Of a stretch of 29,309 nucleotides of DNA, positions 17,725 through 24,884 are shown piece by piece (position 1 is the stretch's first letter; every line of letters begins with the position of its first letter). The notes beneath the pieces are model-generated. The model had not been told where the DNA came from. It made no database searches and was given only the letters and a program-made list of their open reading frames with translations. The position numbers were made by a program, and so were the translations under genes. The DNA comes from a virus (lineage: Duplodnaviria; Caudoviricetes): positions 1 through 29,309 of the IMG/VR virus record IMGVR_UViG_3300020045_014474. One strand, given 5' to 3'.

Positions 17725-18077
17725 TTGTCTTCCCCTATCGAACACATCAGCCGCTCGGCAATGCGACCCAAGCGCCAGGTGTGGGCTCGGATGCGCCCAT
17801 AGACCTCGACCGGTTTTCCCTCCGGACAGCGCCCCTCCCCATCGTTGCATCGAGAACACTCGATCCAACCGAAGTCAGCCAAAGAGCGCATGGTACGCTG
17901 AAACGAACGTTCTGTGGGATCTCCCTCCCCATGTTCCTCGACATACAACAGGTATAATTCCCGCGCAGTCACGGGTCGCCGCGTCCACGACAGCAGATCG
18001 AGGATGCGCAGCGAGTACAAGAGCGGCAGGCCTGCCGCTCGATGGCTTGGGAGTGAGGGGAGAGCAGGCTGGTTCAT
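17721..18077 (-). CDS. Winged-helix DNA-binding protein
   Basis: RILDLLS...PVTAREL...TERSFQRTMRSLADFGWIE; ATGA-coupled at both ends. Confidence 0.7.
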   Translation of the reverse strand: MNQPALPSLPSHRAAGLPLLYSLRILDLLSWTRRPVTARELYLLYVEEHGEGDPTERSFQRTMRSLADFGWIECSRCNDGEGRCPEGKPVEVYGRIRAHTWRLGRIAERLMCSIGEDK

Positions 18078-19408
18078 GGTACCGTCGTCCATCCGAGCGA
18101 CCCGAAGGTTTTAAAAAATTCGCCGAAGCCGCCTATCGCCCTAAACTGGCAGAGGTAGAAGATCGTCTGCCCGCGCCGGGGGCCAGACACGCCCGGATGT
18201 GGCCCCCAAAACTCGATCCGGCCTGCCGGGAAGCAGATGGCATCGGCCCGCTTAGCCAGCGATTGCCACCAGGCAGTCTCCGTGCAGTTGTTGGCGAGGA
18301 GGATCATCTGCTCAATGTTCCCGCTCTCTACATATGCCAACGCTTTTTTGACAAACGCATCAATGAGATCCCGCCCATAAGGAGGATTGAGCCATACGTT
18401 GCCACTCCAACTTTGGGTCAAGCCATCATCCTCTTTCCCAAACCACTTTGCAGCCCTCACAACCTCCTGGGCCTGGGCACAACTTGCGGGATCGAGGTCG
18501 ATGGAGCCCATCACCGACCGGGCCATCTCGATGATACTGGTGGGCGTATACCATTCGTTGGAGTCGGGGCCATTGCAATCGTTGTCTTTGCCATCGCAGA
18601 TCTCGATGAAGTCCTCAAGGTCCGTCTGGCGTGGATCGGGCTGGCTCTCTACTCTCGCCTTCTCTTCCTCGTCGTGGCGCTCGAACTCGAACTTACCCTC
18701 TTCTGGGTTCAAAGCGACCGTGGTTTTCCGTTGGCCTTGCCCGATCTTGGAGGCATCGCGAACACTCTCGATCTCACCCCCCTTGACCCGCGCTGCGACC
18801 GCTCTCTGCTCATCAGGCTTAAGGCGGGCCAGGGCATCCAATTCGCTTCCATTGCGGGCGACAGGAGTATCGCGGATGGCATTGCGAACATCCTCGGGAA
18901 TGGCCCCGGCACGGGCAACGGCGCGCTCGACGGTTCGACGAGAGGCGCCGGTTTTTTGGGCGGCGTCTTCGGCAAAAGTGCATGCCGCCAAATTGTCGTT
19001 ATGCACTCCATTTTTTGCTCGCCCTCCCGCCGATCCCTGTCGTGTCTCGGGGTAGAGATGTTCATAGATTTCCTTGCGCCGCTTGTAATGCTCGCCGATT
19101 TCCAACGGCGTCAACTCGGCCCGGATCAAGTTCTCATCGATCTCGGCCAACTGTGCCCCAAGTCCATCCAGATCCACCTCGCACGCATCGATCTCCGACC
19201 AACCCAACCGCTCGCAGGCACGGAGCCGATGGAGGCCTGCAATGAGGTAGTAGGGCCTACTGTCTCCATCGGGAGAGGAGGCCACGGTGATGGGGTTCAG
19301 CAGGCCAACGCTCTCGATCGAGTCAGCCAGGCGCTCGACCTCAACCGCGCGAAGGGAGCGGAAACGCTCTGCAATGTAGATGTCATCGATGCGGATTTGC
19401 ATGGTCAT
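18074..19408 (-). CDS. ParB-N domain fused to a phage N6-adenine methyltransferase
   Basis: ParB motifs LADSIESVGLLNPITV, LIAGLHRLRA and EIDENLIRAELT; MTase motifs EWYTP, IDLDPAS, VWLNPPY, TETAWWQ and GRIEF. Confidence 0.92.
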   Translation of the reverse strand: MTMQIRIDDIYIAERFRSLRAVEVERLADSIESVGLLNPITVASSPDGDSRPYYLIAGLHRLRACERLGWSEIDACEVDLDGLGAQLAEIDENLIRAELTPLEIGEHYKRRKEIYEHLYPETRQGSAGGRAKNGVHNDNLAACTFAEDAAQKTGASRRTVERAVARAGAIPEDVRNAIRDTPVARNGSELDALARLKPDEQRAVAARVKGGEIESVRDASKIGQGQRKTTVALNPEEGKFEFERHDEEEKARVESQPDPRQTDLEDFIEICDGKDNDCNGPDSNEWYTPTSIIEMARSVMGSIDLDPASCAQAQEVVRAAKWFGKEDDGLTQSWSGNVWLNPPYGRDLIDAFVKKALAYVESGNIEQMILLANNCTETAWWQSLAKRADAICFPAGRIEFWGPHPGVSGPRRGQTIFYLCQFRAIGGFGEFFKTFGSLGWTTVP

Positions 19409-19418
19409 TCTCCAAAAC

Positions 19419-19500
19419 TAGAACATGTTCTATTTTTTCCCCTTAAAGGGAAATATATAAAGAGAGAGATTCTTATTTCTTCTTAAGGGTGATTTTTTCA
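19419..19500. promoter_or_regulatory. AT-rich segment with a 14-bp perfect palindrome next to the iteron array (candidate unwinding element or operator)
   Basis: TAGAACATGTTCTA at 19419-19432, then TTCCC-N6-GGGAA and A/T tracts; lies between the ParB-MTase RBS and the ACAGTCGCA array. Confidence 0.55.
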
Positions 19501-19537
19501 TGGCGAATAAGGCTCTCCAAAATCCCGATTCTACGGG

Positions 19538-19639
19538 ACAGTCGCAACAGTCGCAGAACAGTCGCAAAAAAGTCGCAAGCGTTATTCGTTGGGGCTCATA
19601 CCTCACCCGCAACAGTCGCAACAGTCGCAGACAAAATTT
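19538..19639 (+). repeat. Iteron-like array L (ACAGTCGCA)
   Basis: Exact 9-mers at 19538, 19547, 19558, 19612 and 19621; degenerate AAAGTCGCA at 19569; AAAATTT at 19633. Confidence 0.9.
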
Positions 19640-21446
19640 CGTTTCCATTTGCGTCGGTCGCGACTGCATAGGTTTGACGGCTTACCCTGCCCTTGATGGT
19701 CTGTTTGCCAGTCGGGCGCAGGTGTCCCGTTTCGACGCAAATTTCCACGGCGCGACCTGCGACCTCTCGCTTGCGAAGCGTGGCGGGACCAGACCGGCAG
19801 ATGTCCGCCACGCTGATATGGTCCTCGCTCCAACTCGTTCGCAGCCAGCCCAACAGGATCTCCGCCGACTCGTCTTGCTCGGTGGGTCGGCCAACTTCGA
19901 GGCGCATCTGTTCGACCAGGTAGAAGCAGGTCAGGCCAATGCCGGTCATCATGGCGTTAACCTCGATCGTCTGTGCGGACGGGTTCTCGAACAAAGTCAG
20001 CACGGCGGCCAGACGCAGGGCATGCTCCGGGACCTTGCTGGCGAATCCCTGAATGGATCGGTAAGTCGTGGCCAGGTGGGATTCCACCTCGTTATGCCAC
20101 TCGATCCAGTATTGGCGAGCCTCTGCATTCAACGGCAGAACGCGAGGTGTCAGGCCGTGGTCGCCTTCGATGCCGATGTGTTCGAGGTTGACAAGCAATC
20201 GATTGCAGAACCGATCGCAGATCTCAATGGCGGCTTCGTCGGCTTCGTGGAAGGGGCGAGACCCGATGGTGGACTCGGGTTCGGCGGTCAAACACCGTGC
20301 CGTAAAACCGAGATCTCGGAGCATGGCATCACCGATCAACTGCTCGCTCGCCATCGGCTGCATCATGAGATGCAAGCAAAATCGGCGACCGCGAAGGACT
20401 TCATGTTCTTTCGCGCGAGGTCGGTCGATGGCGGCTCCGTCCCATAGGGCGTTTAAGGTCGACGCCGTTTTCATCCGATGGTCTGCGCTCATGCCATATC
20501 CACCCAAGAACGCGCCGCCCTCGTCGTTGCAAAGGCCCTGGCTCAACTGGCCTCTTTGAAGGGAGCGAAACAACCCCTCTTGGGTTGGTTCTTTCACAAG
20601 AAGGATTGGCTCGCGCGGAGGCTCGGGCGCCTCGCCGAGATCTTGCAGGGAACCGCTTGCAAAGGCTGTTTTTTCTCGTTGCTCATAGTTGTATTGGGCC
20701 AACTTATGCAGCGATTTCTCTTGAGAAAATCCTTTCTCTAGCACGATGCGACGGGCTTCGATCCCCTCAAGGGCGATGCGATCGGCGGATGATTTTCGCT
20801 CGCCGGATCGGGCGACTGTGAGAAAAAAGTTTGAGATGGGTCTGCGCGACGATGGGCCACCGATCCCCGGCAACTCGATGTCCGCAAGATGTTGGACGGA
20901 CAGGGTGGCGGCGGCCAACACGGACTGCGCGCACAAAATATAGGGGGCTTGCGTGCGGCTTTGAACGGCTTTGATGTATTGATCGAGGGAGGTTTCGGGG
21001 AATTGGATGGCCTTGGGTTTGGTGGGGGTAAGGGGTAACGAGTCGGTTATATTTTCAGTTTCAAAATTTTCTTTGCGACTGTTGCGACTGTTGCGCAAAT
21101 GCCCGTTTCCATTGACAAAAATGCTGCTACTGCTCTTGCGACTGTCCTGCGACTGTTGCGACTGTTGTTTTTCCTGGATAGGGGGGTATGCGCCTGGTGT
21201 GAGGTCGGCCATGAGATCGGTCAGGGTCAGCCCCATCGCATCGACGATCTCCTGCTCGGTGCAGTGTGCGCCCGGACAATACAGGTAGATCGTCCCCTTT
21301 TTTGAGTCGGCAACGGTCATGCTTTCTGCCCCGCAGACCGGGCACCAGGCAGACCAGGTCTTGCCGTCCGATTGAATCGCAACCCCCTCTAGTCGGGAGA
21401 GAAAAGCAGGTATCGGGGCTGGTGGGAAACGCCTATTCGTCTGCAT
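19596..21446 (-). CDS. Primase-helicase-type replication protein (N-terminal Zn-binding domain plus DUF3987/YfjI P-loop domain)
   Basis: WCPVCG...CPGAHC Zn domain; VARSGERKSS Walker A variant; EPTQEGL, NDEGG, LWDG, MMQP and GFTARCL typical of DUF3987; C-terminal wHTH-like segment. Confidence 0.85.
   Translation of the reverse strand: MQTNRRFPPAPIPAFLSRLEGVAIQSDGKTWSAWCPVCGAESMTVADSKKGTIYLYCPGAHCTEQEIVDAMGLTLTDLMADLTPGAYPPIQEKQQSQQSQDSRKSSSSIFVNGNGHLRNSRNSRKENFETENITDSLPLTPTKPKAIQFPETSLDQYIKAVQSRTQAPYILCAQSVLAAATLSVQHLADIELPGIGGPSSRRPISNFFLTVARSGERKSSADRIALEGIEARRIVLEKGFSQEKSLHKLAQYNYEQREKTAFASGSLQDLGEAPEPPREPILLVKEPTQEGLFRSLQRGQLSQGLCNDEGGAFLGGYGMSADHRMKTASTLNALWDGAAIDRPRAKEHEVLRGRRFCLHLMMQPMASEQLIGDAMLRDLGFTARCLTAEPESTIGSRPFHEADEAAIEICDRFCNRLLVNLEHIGIEGDHGLTPRVLPLNAEARQYWIEWHNEVESHLATTYRSIQGFASKVPEHALRLAAVLTLFENPSAQTIEVNAMMTGIGLTCFYLVEQMRLEVGRPTEQDESAEILLGWLRTSWSEDHISVADICRSGPATLRKREVAGRAVEICVETGHLRPTGKQTIKGRVSRQTYAVATDANGNEILSATVATVAGEV
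21064..21165 (-). repeat. Iteron-like array R (ACAGTCGCA on the minus strand), inside the replication gene
   Basis: TGCGACTGT at 21074, 21083, 21137, 21148 and 21157; encodes QQSQQSQDSRK...RNSRNSRKENF. Confidence 0.9.
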
Positions 21447-21681
21447 GTTTCAACCTCTCGATCTCCGCTTCCAATGCCGCGATCCGCTTCTCCATCCGCT
21501 TCGCTTGCCAGACCCGGATCACCCATGTTGGCAGGTCGACCAGCACCCCATATGGATCCTCCGAGGTCTGCGCATCGAGTTCGAGGAGTTCAGAGAGGGG
21601 GGAATCGATCCTGGCCTTGGCATCGACGGATCGGGCCACATCGACGATGGCATGGAGGTTGCGCATGGTGTCTTGGCTCAT
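21433..21681 (-). CDS. Hypothetical protein with C-terminal coiled coil
   Basis: 82 aa; GAGGTGGGGG RBS; ATGA-coupled; RIAALEAEIERLK. Confidence 0.7.
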   Translation of the reverse strand: MSQDTMRNLHAIVDVARSVDAKARIDSPLSELLELDAQTSEDPYGVLVDLPTWVIRVWQAKRMEKRIAALEAEIERLKHADE

Positions 21682-21941
21682 CCCCCACCTCGCGTCGCGT
21701 CGCACACCGCCTGATAAGCGGTCTCTACCGTTATGAGTTTTTCTGTCACTCGCGCCAGTTCGGCCTGATACTCGGCCACCTGTGCCCGATGATGGGCGAC
21801 CAGGGCCGTCGCGACTTCGAGCTTTAGGGACATGCGCTTGAACTCCTCGCGAATGATCTTCATCTCGTCGGGGGTATAGGAGACGAGGCACATGAAATTG
21901 AGGGGTTGGCGGGTGATAAGGGTGGTGGCGTCGTCGCTCAT
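21678..21941 (-). CDS. Hypothetical coiled-coil protein
   Basis: 87 aa; GAGGT RBS; ATGA-coupled at both ends. Confidence 0.7.
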   Translation of the reverse strand: MSDDATTLITRQPLNFMCLVSYTPDEMKIIREEFKRMSLKLEVATALVAHHRAQVAEYQAELARVTEKLITVETAYQAVCDATRGGG

Positions 21942-22315
21942 GGCCAGACCACCTCGCCGTTCTCGTCGGTTGCGAGGGGGAAATCCGCGAGGGTCGCGCC
22001 TACATGCGACCACTCTCGCAACTGATCCTGCGGCATGAGTTTTGCGCCCTGTTGTAGGGCCTCGTAGGCGCACCTGGCCCACTCCTCGAGTTCGGCGATG
22101 CGGTTGGCGGCTGCGTCCGACATCTCCCCATATCGGCGATGTTCTGTCTCTGCGACATGCGCGAACATGTCCACTTCGCACTCGCAGTTACCGGAGCATA
22201 GGGCGTATCCGCTCCCGTCGGCCACGTTTTTCATGTGATCGAGTTTGTTCCCATGCGCGCAGGTTGGAGGATTTTTGGTGCCTGCGATGATTCGTTTTAT
22301 GCTCATTGTTTGCAT
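21938..22315 (-). CDS. Hypothetical protein with Cys/His cluster
   Basis: ATG 22315 after GGAG; TCAHG...CSGNCEC; AANRIAELE. Confidence 0.65.
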   Translation of the reverse strand: MQTMSIKRIIAGTKNPPTCAHGNKLDHMKNVADGSGYALCSGNCECEVDMFAHVAETEHRRYGEMSDAAANRIAELEEWARCAYEALQQGAKLMPQDQLREWSHVGATLADFPLATDENGEVVWP

Positions 22316-22329
22316 CTTCGTCTCCACTA

Positions 22330-22713
22330 CCGCCCACGCCGGGGCGGATCAAATTGCGCGGCCAGGAATCGAACCTGGTTCGAGGGAGCGACCCTCCATG
22401 TTACCGTTACACCACCACGCAAGTGCCGGTCTCTCCCGGCTGTCGCGTTGTTCCCAAGACTCGTTTGCACCAACGTGGGCTGCGCCATTCCTGCTTGGTC
22501 CAGGGCCAGCGATATCCCGGTGTCTCGCTGGCTAGCCCCGAGCGCGGAAAACCGCGCCAGTTTCCGGAGGGCGAAGACTTGCATAGGGCGGGGATTGCCG
22601 AACACCCATCGAGGGTCTCTGGAACGAACGAAAGTTCTCGGCTTTCCCCAAACATCCTCATACCCGCCGACTTGATGACCATACACCCCGATATGTTGGA
22701 GTGGGTACAAGGA
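22330..22713 (-). ncRNA. Candidate large structured RNA that includes the tRNA-like element
   Basis: Consecutive stems found by eye: 22703-22713/22655-22665, 22637-22649/22590-22602, 22542-22557, 22505-22532, 22454-22498, 22425-22440, the cloverleaf, and 22330-22347; overlapping ORFs are not protein-like. Confidence 0.6.
22354..22421 (-). tRNA. tRNA-like element with a shortened (5-nt) anticodon loop; probably not a decoding tRNA
   Basis: TGCGTGG TG GTGT AACGGTA ACAT G GAGGG TCGCT CCCTC GAA CCAGG TTCGATT CCTGG CCGCGCA A: 7-bp acceptor, D arm with GG, canonical T arm; 5-nt loop, 3-nt variable region, no CCA. Confidence 0.8.
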
Positions 22714-22720
22714 AGATCGA

Positions 22721-23014
22721 TCATGGTTTTTCCCCCGGATCATCCGAGTTCAAGGGGTAGTTTTGGGCGGGACTATCGCTCGTGAACGCCCGAATATTCG
22801 GGCCAAACGCCGCCTTGATCTTTTCCCACACTCGCGGGTTTTCGAGGGCCTGTACGCGGGCGGTGAGTGCTGCGACCTGGGCTTCGAGGTCGGAGATGCG
22901 AGCCTCTTTCTCTCGCCGCTCGGCTGCCACTGCGTCTAGCTGCTCCTGCAAATCCACAAGATCCCCATCCTCATCAAGAAAATTGATGGGTTTGATTTTT
23001 ACGTTATCAGCCAT
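22721..23014 (-). CDS. Hypothetical coiled-coil protein
   Basis: 97 aa; GAGGAGAGGA RBS; heptads RISDLEAQVAALTARVQALE. Confidence 0.75.
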   Translation of the reverse strand: MADNVKIKPINFLDEDGDLVDLQEQLDAVAAERREKEARISDLEAQVAALTARVQALENPRVWEKIKAAFGPNIRAFTSDSPAQNYPLNSDDPGEKP

Positions 23015-23255
23015 CGATCCTCTCCTCTGCGGCCTCGACCGGGGCCACTGCCAGGTCTGTCACCTGCGCCACCAGTAGATCCTCATAGGAAACCGCGCCG
23101 CCCGTGATCGCCACGATCTTGCACGCGGTCGGCAGAGAGGGTATGCGTCGCCCCGTGGCGAGATGGCTAACCATGCCCGTGGTAATTCCACACGCCCGGG
23201 CTACGTCGACGGGCCTGATCTCGCGCTGCGAGCGGAAAAAATCTTTGAGTTTCAT
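23007..23255 (-). CDS. Cro-like XRE-family HTH regulator
   Basis: MKLKDFF...VDVARACGITTGMVSHLATGRRIPSLPTACKIVAITGGAVSYEDLL; GGAGG RBS; first gene after the leftward promoter. Confidence 0.88.
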   Translation of the reverse strand: MKLKDFFRSQREIRPVDVARACGITTGMVSHLATGRRIPSLPTACKIVAITGGAVSYEDLLVAQVTDLAVAPVEAAEERIDG

Positions 23256-23275
23256 TTGAAACCTCCATAGAAACA

Positions 23276-23304
23276 ACGATACCATCGGTATGCAGAAAAG
23301 TCAA
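23276..23304 (-). promoter_or_regulatory. Leftward early promoter
   Basis: TTGACT-N17-TATCGT with an extended -10 TG. Confidence 0.75.
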
Positions 23305-23362
23305 GCATAAAAATTACAGGATGTATGTTTTTTTTCTTGACTTCATGGTATACAGATAGTAT
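23279..23362. promoter_or_regulatory. Three 13-bp palindromic operators (ATAC-N5-GTAT)
   Basis: ATACCATCGGTAT at 23279, TTACAGGATGTAT at 23314 and ATACAGATAGTAT at 23350; spaced 35 and 36 bp; the outer two overlap the -10 boxes of the divergent promoters. Confidence 0.75.
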
Positions 23363-23365
23363 GTT
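23337..23365 (+). promoter_or_regulatory. Rightward early promoter
   Basis: TTGACT-N17-TATGTT preceded by a T tract. Confidence 0.75.
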
Positions 23366-23408
23366 ATCACCAGCGGATCAAGATCAATTACAACCAAAGG
23401 AGATCCAA

Positions 23409-23762
23409 ATGAGAATCAACCTGCCCCCCATCCCATCCATCATCTATACCCCCGAGATCGCCGAGTATGAAGAGGCCTATGAAGCCTCCTACCAGGAAGC
23501 CCGCGCAGAACTGAAAGAGGTTTTGTGGGCTTGGCAGAAGGTAAAGGAGGGCCTGGAAGACACGGCGGGCCAATGGAGCCTGCCCGCCAATCGCCCCGCC
23601 CTCTACCGCTCGCAACGCGATCTGATCCGATCCTTGAGCCCAGATGCGCGGGAGATGTTCGAGTCGGCGAGAGATGTTGTGGTCGACTCGATCTGCTTCC
23701 GCTGCGCCCCTGATGGGGAGGATGGGCTACAGATCGATTCATGGCCTGTGTTGGTATTGTGA
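23409..23762 (+). CDS. Hypothetical early protein
   Basis: ATG 23409 after AAAGGAGA; acidic helical 117 aa; no HTH or peptidase motif seen. Confidence 0.75.
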   Translation: MRINLPPIPSIIYTPEIAEYEEAYEASYQEARAELKEVLWAWQKVKEGLEDTAGQWSLPANRPALYRSQRDLIRSLSPDAREMFESARDVVVDSICFRCAPDGEDGLQIDSWPVLVL

Positions 23763-23784
23763 TCTCGAAATTGTGATCTCGAAA
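23757..23784. repeat. 14-bp tandem duplication TTGTGATCTCGAAA
   Basis: Exact copies at 23757-23770 and 23771-23784, spanning a stop codon and abutting the erf RBS. Confidence 0.9.
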
Positions 23785-23796
23785 AGGAGAAAAAAA

Positions 23797-24666
23797 ATGA
23801 ACCAACAGATAGACCCACCCACCACATCCTCAATAGGCGACCTCGCAAAGGCCCTGGCCACCGCGCAAGGGCAATTCGGTGTGGCTCAGGCGGACGCCTG
23901 GAACCCCCACTTTAAGAGCCGCTACGCCACCCTGGCGGCCATCATGGCAGCAGTGCAGCCCGCCCTCTCCCAAGCCGGTCTAGCGGTCCTCCAGATCCCC
24001 GCAGTGGCAGGGAAAACGGTATCGGTTGAAACCGTTTTGATCCACGGATCGGGACAGCGGATATCCTGCCTCCTAAGCGCCGATGCGAGGGATACCGGGC
24101 CGCAGGCGATCGGATCGGTGATCTCCTATCTGCGCAGGTATGGTCTGGCCTCCCTTCTGTCGGTGGCCACAGGCGAGGATGACGATGGGGAGGGAGCGAC
24201 CGCTCGCCCTGCCACGCGCCCGCAACCCACCCCGCCCATCATCCCCATCACCGTCCATTCTCGCCCCCAAGGGGGCCAGCACACCTCCCCACCCATGCGC
24301 GAAGCCCCTGTCTATGAGCCAGAACCAGGCCCCGAAGTGCCCCCCATCGAGCTTTCGCCTGATGCAGTGGAGATCCCCGAACCAACGGAGCGGGAACGGT
24401 ACATGAAAAAGCTCCATGCCATCGGCCACGAGCGCGGCCTGGGCCACGAGGATTTACGCTTTTTGATGCGGCTGGAATCCATGAAGGATGCCCCAGAGGG
24501 CCTGCTATTCGCCGCCTGCGAGATGCTTGGAGCCCACCATCCAGCCGACCTAGCCCGGGCTTGGGGGCGCAACAAAAACTACCAGGGAAGCCTGGTGGCC
24601 CTCAAGGATTGGTGCAAGGGTGAGCTTGAGAAGGCGCATCTTCAGGACGCGGGAGGCACCCCATGA
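23797..24666 (+). CDS. erf: ERF-family single-strand annealing protein
   Basis: LAKALATAQ, NPHFKSRYATL, TVLIHGSGQ, PQAIGSVISYLRRYGL and EDDDG; Pro-rich linker and extra C-terminal domain; AAGGAGA RBS. Confidence 0.93.
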   Translation: MNQQIDPPTTSSIGDLAKALATAQGQFGVAQADAWNPHFKSRYATLAAIMAAVQPALSQAGLAVLQIPAVAGKTVSVETVLIHGSGQRISCLLSADARDTGPQAIGSVISYLRRYGLASLLSVATGEDDDGEGATARPATRPQPTPPIIPITVHSRPQGGQHTSPPMREAPVYEPEPGPEVPPIELSPDAVEIPEPTERERYMKKLHAIGHERGLGHEDLRFLMRLESMKDAPEGLLFAACEMLGAHHPADLARAWGRNKNYQGSLVALKDWCKGELEKAHLQDAGGTP

Positions 24667-24884
24667 GCATCCAATCCATAAAAATTTTCTTCGTGCGGTG
24701 CGATTGGTGCCGTCGCGTCGAGGATGTTTGTTTCTCCGAACGCACCGAAACAGAGGGCCAGGCCGCATACCTGGCACAATCTCTTGGATGGAAACAGGAT
24801 GGCGATAAGTGGCGATGCCCTAATTGTTTGCCGTTTTCGGTGGAGGATGATCGCGGCCTGATCGAGAGGGAGATGGGAGCGTGA
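24663..24884 (+). CDS. Small zinc-ribbon protein
   Basis: RCDWC...GW...WRCPNC; GGGAGG RBS; ATGA-coupled. Confidence 0.75.
   Translation: MSIQSIKIFFVRCDWCRRVEDVCFSERTETEGQAAYLAQSLGWKQDGDKWRCPNCLPFSVEDDRGLIEREMGA

Noticed and set aside
19419-19432. Palindrome as a LexA (Cheo) box
   Set aside because: The Cheo box is GAAC-N4-GTTC; here the spacing is N2.
17678-19486. 602-aa plus-strand ORF
   Set aside because: Antisense shadow of the ParB-MTase and neighbouring genes, which carry clear motifs; no recognisable domain or RBS.
19538-19629. Repeat arrays as a CRISPR array
   Set aside because: Units are 9 bp, mostly adjacent, with no unique spacers of regular length and no cas genes.
19500-20447. 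Plus-strand 315-aa ORF whose start resembles the helicase linker (QSQQSQNSRK...RNSRNSR)
   Set aside because: The resemblance is just the mirrored DNA iteron array; the rest is antisense to the helicase.
22330-22353. Theta (HDV-like) ribozyme after the tRNA-like element
   Set aside because: Only a simple hairpin and the next RBS follow; I could not build the nested double pseudoknot.
22407-22724. 105-aa minus-strand ORF with an ATGA-coupled start
   Set aside because: Not listed as a CDS: composition is not protein-like, it runs into the cloverleaf, and the region is better explained by base pairing. Not fully excluded.
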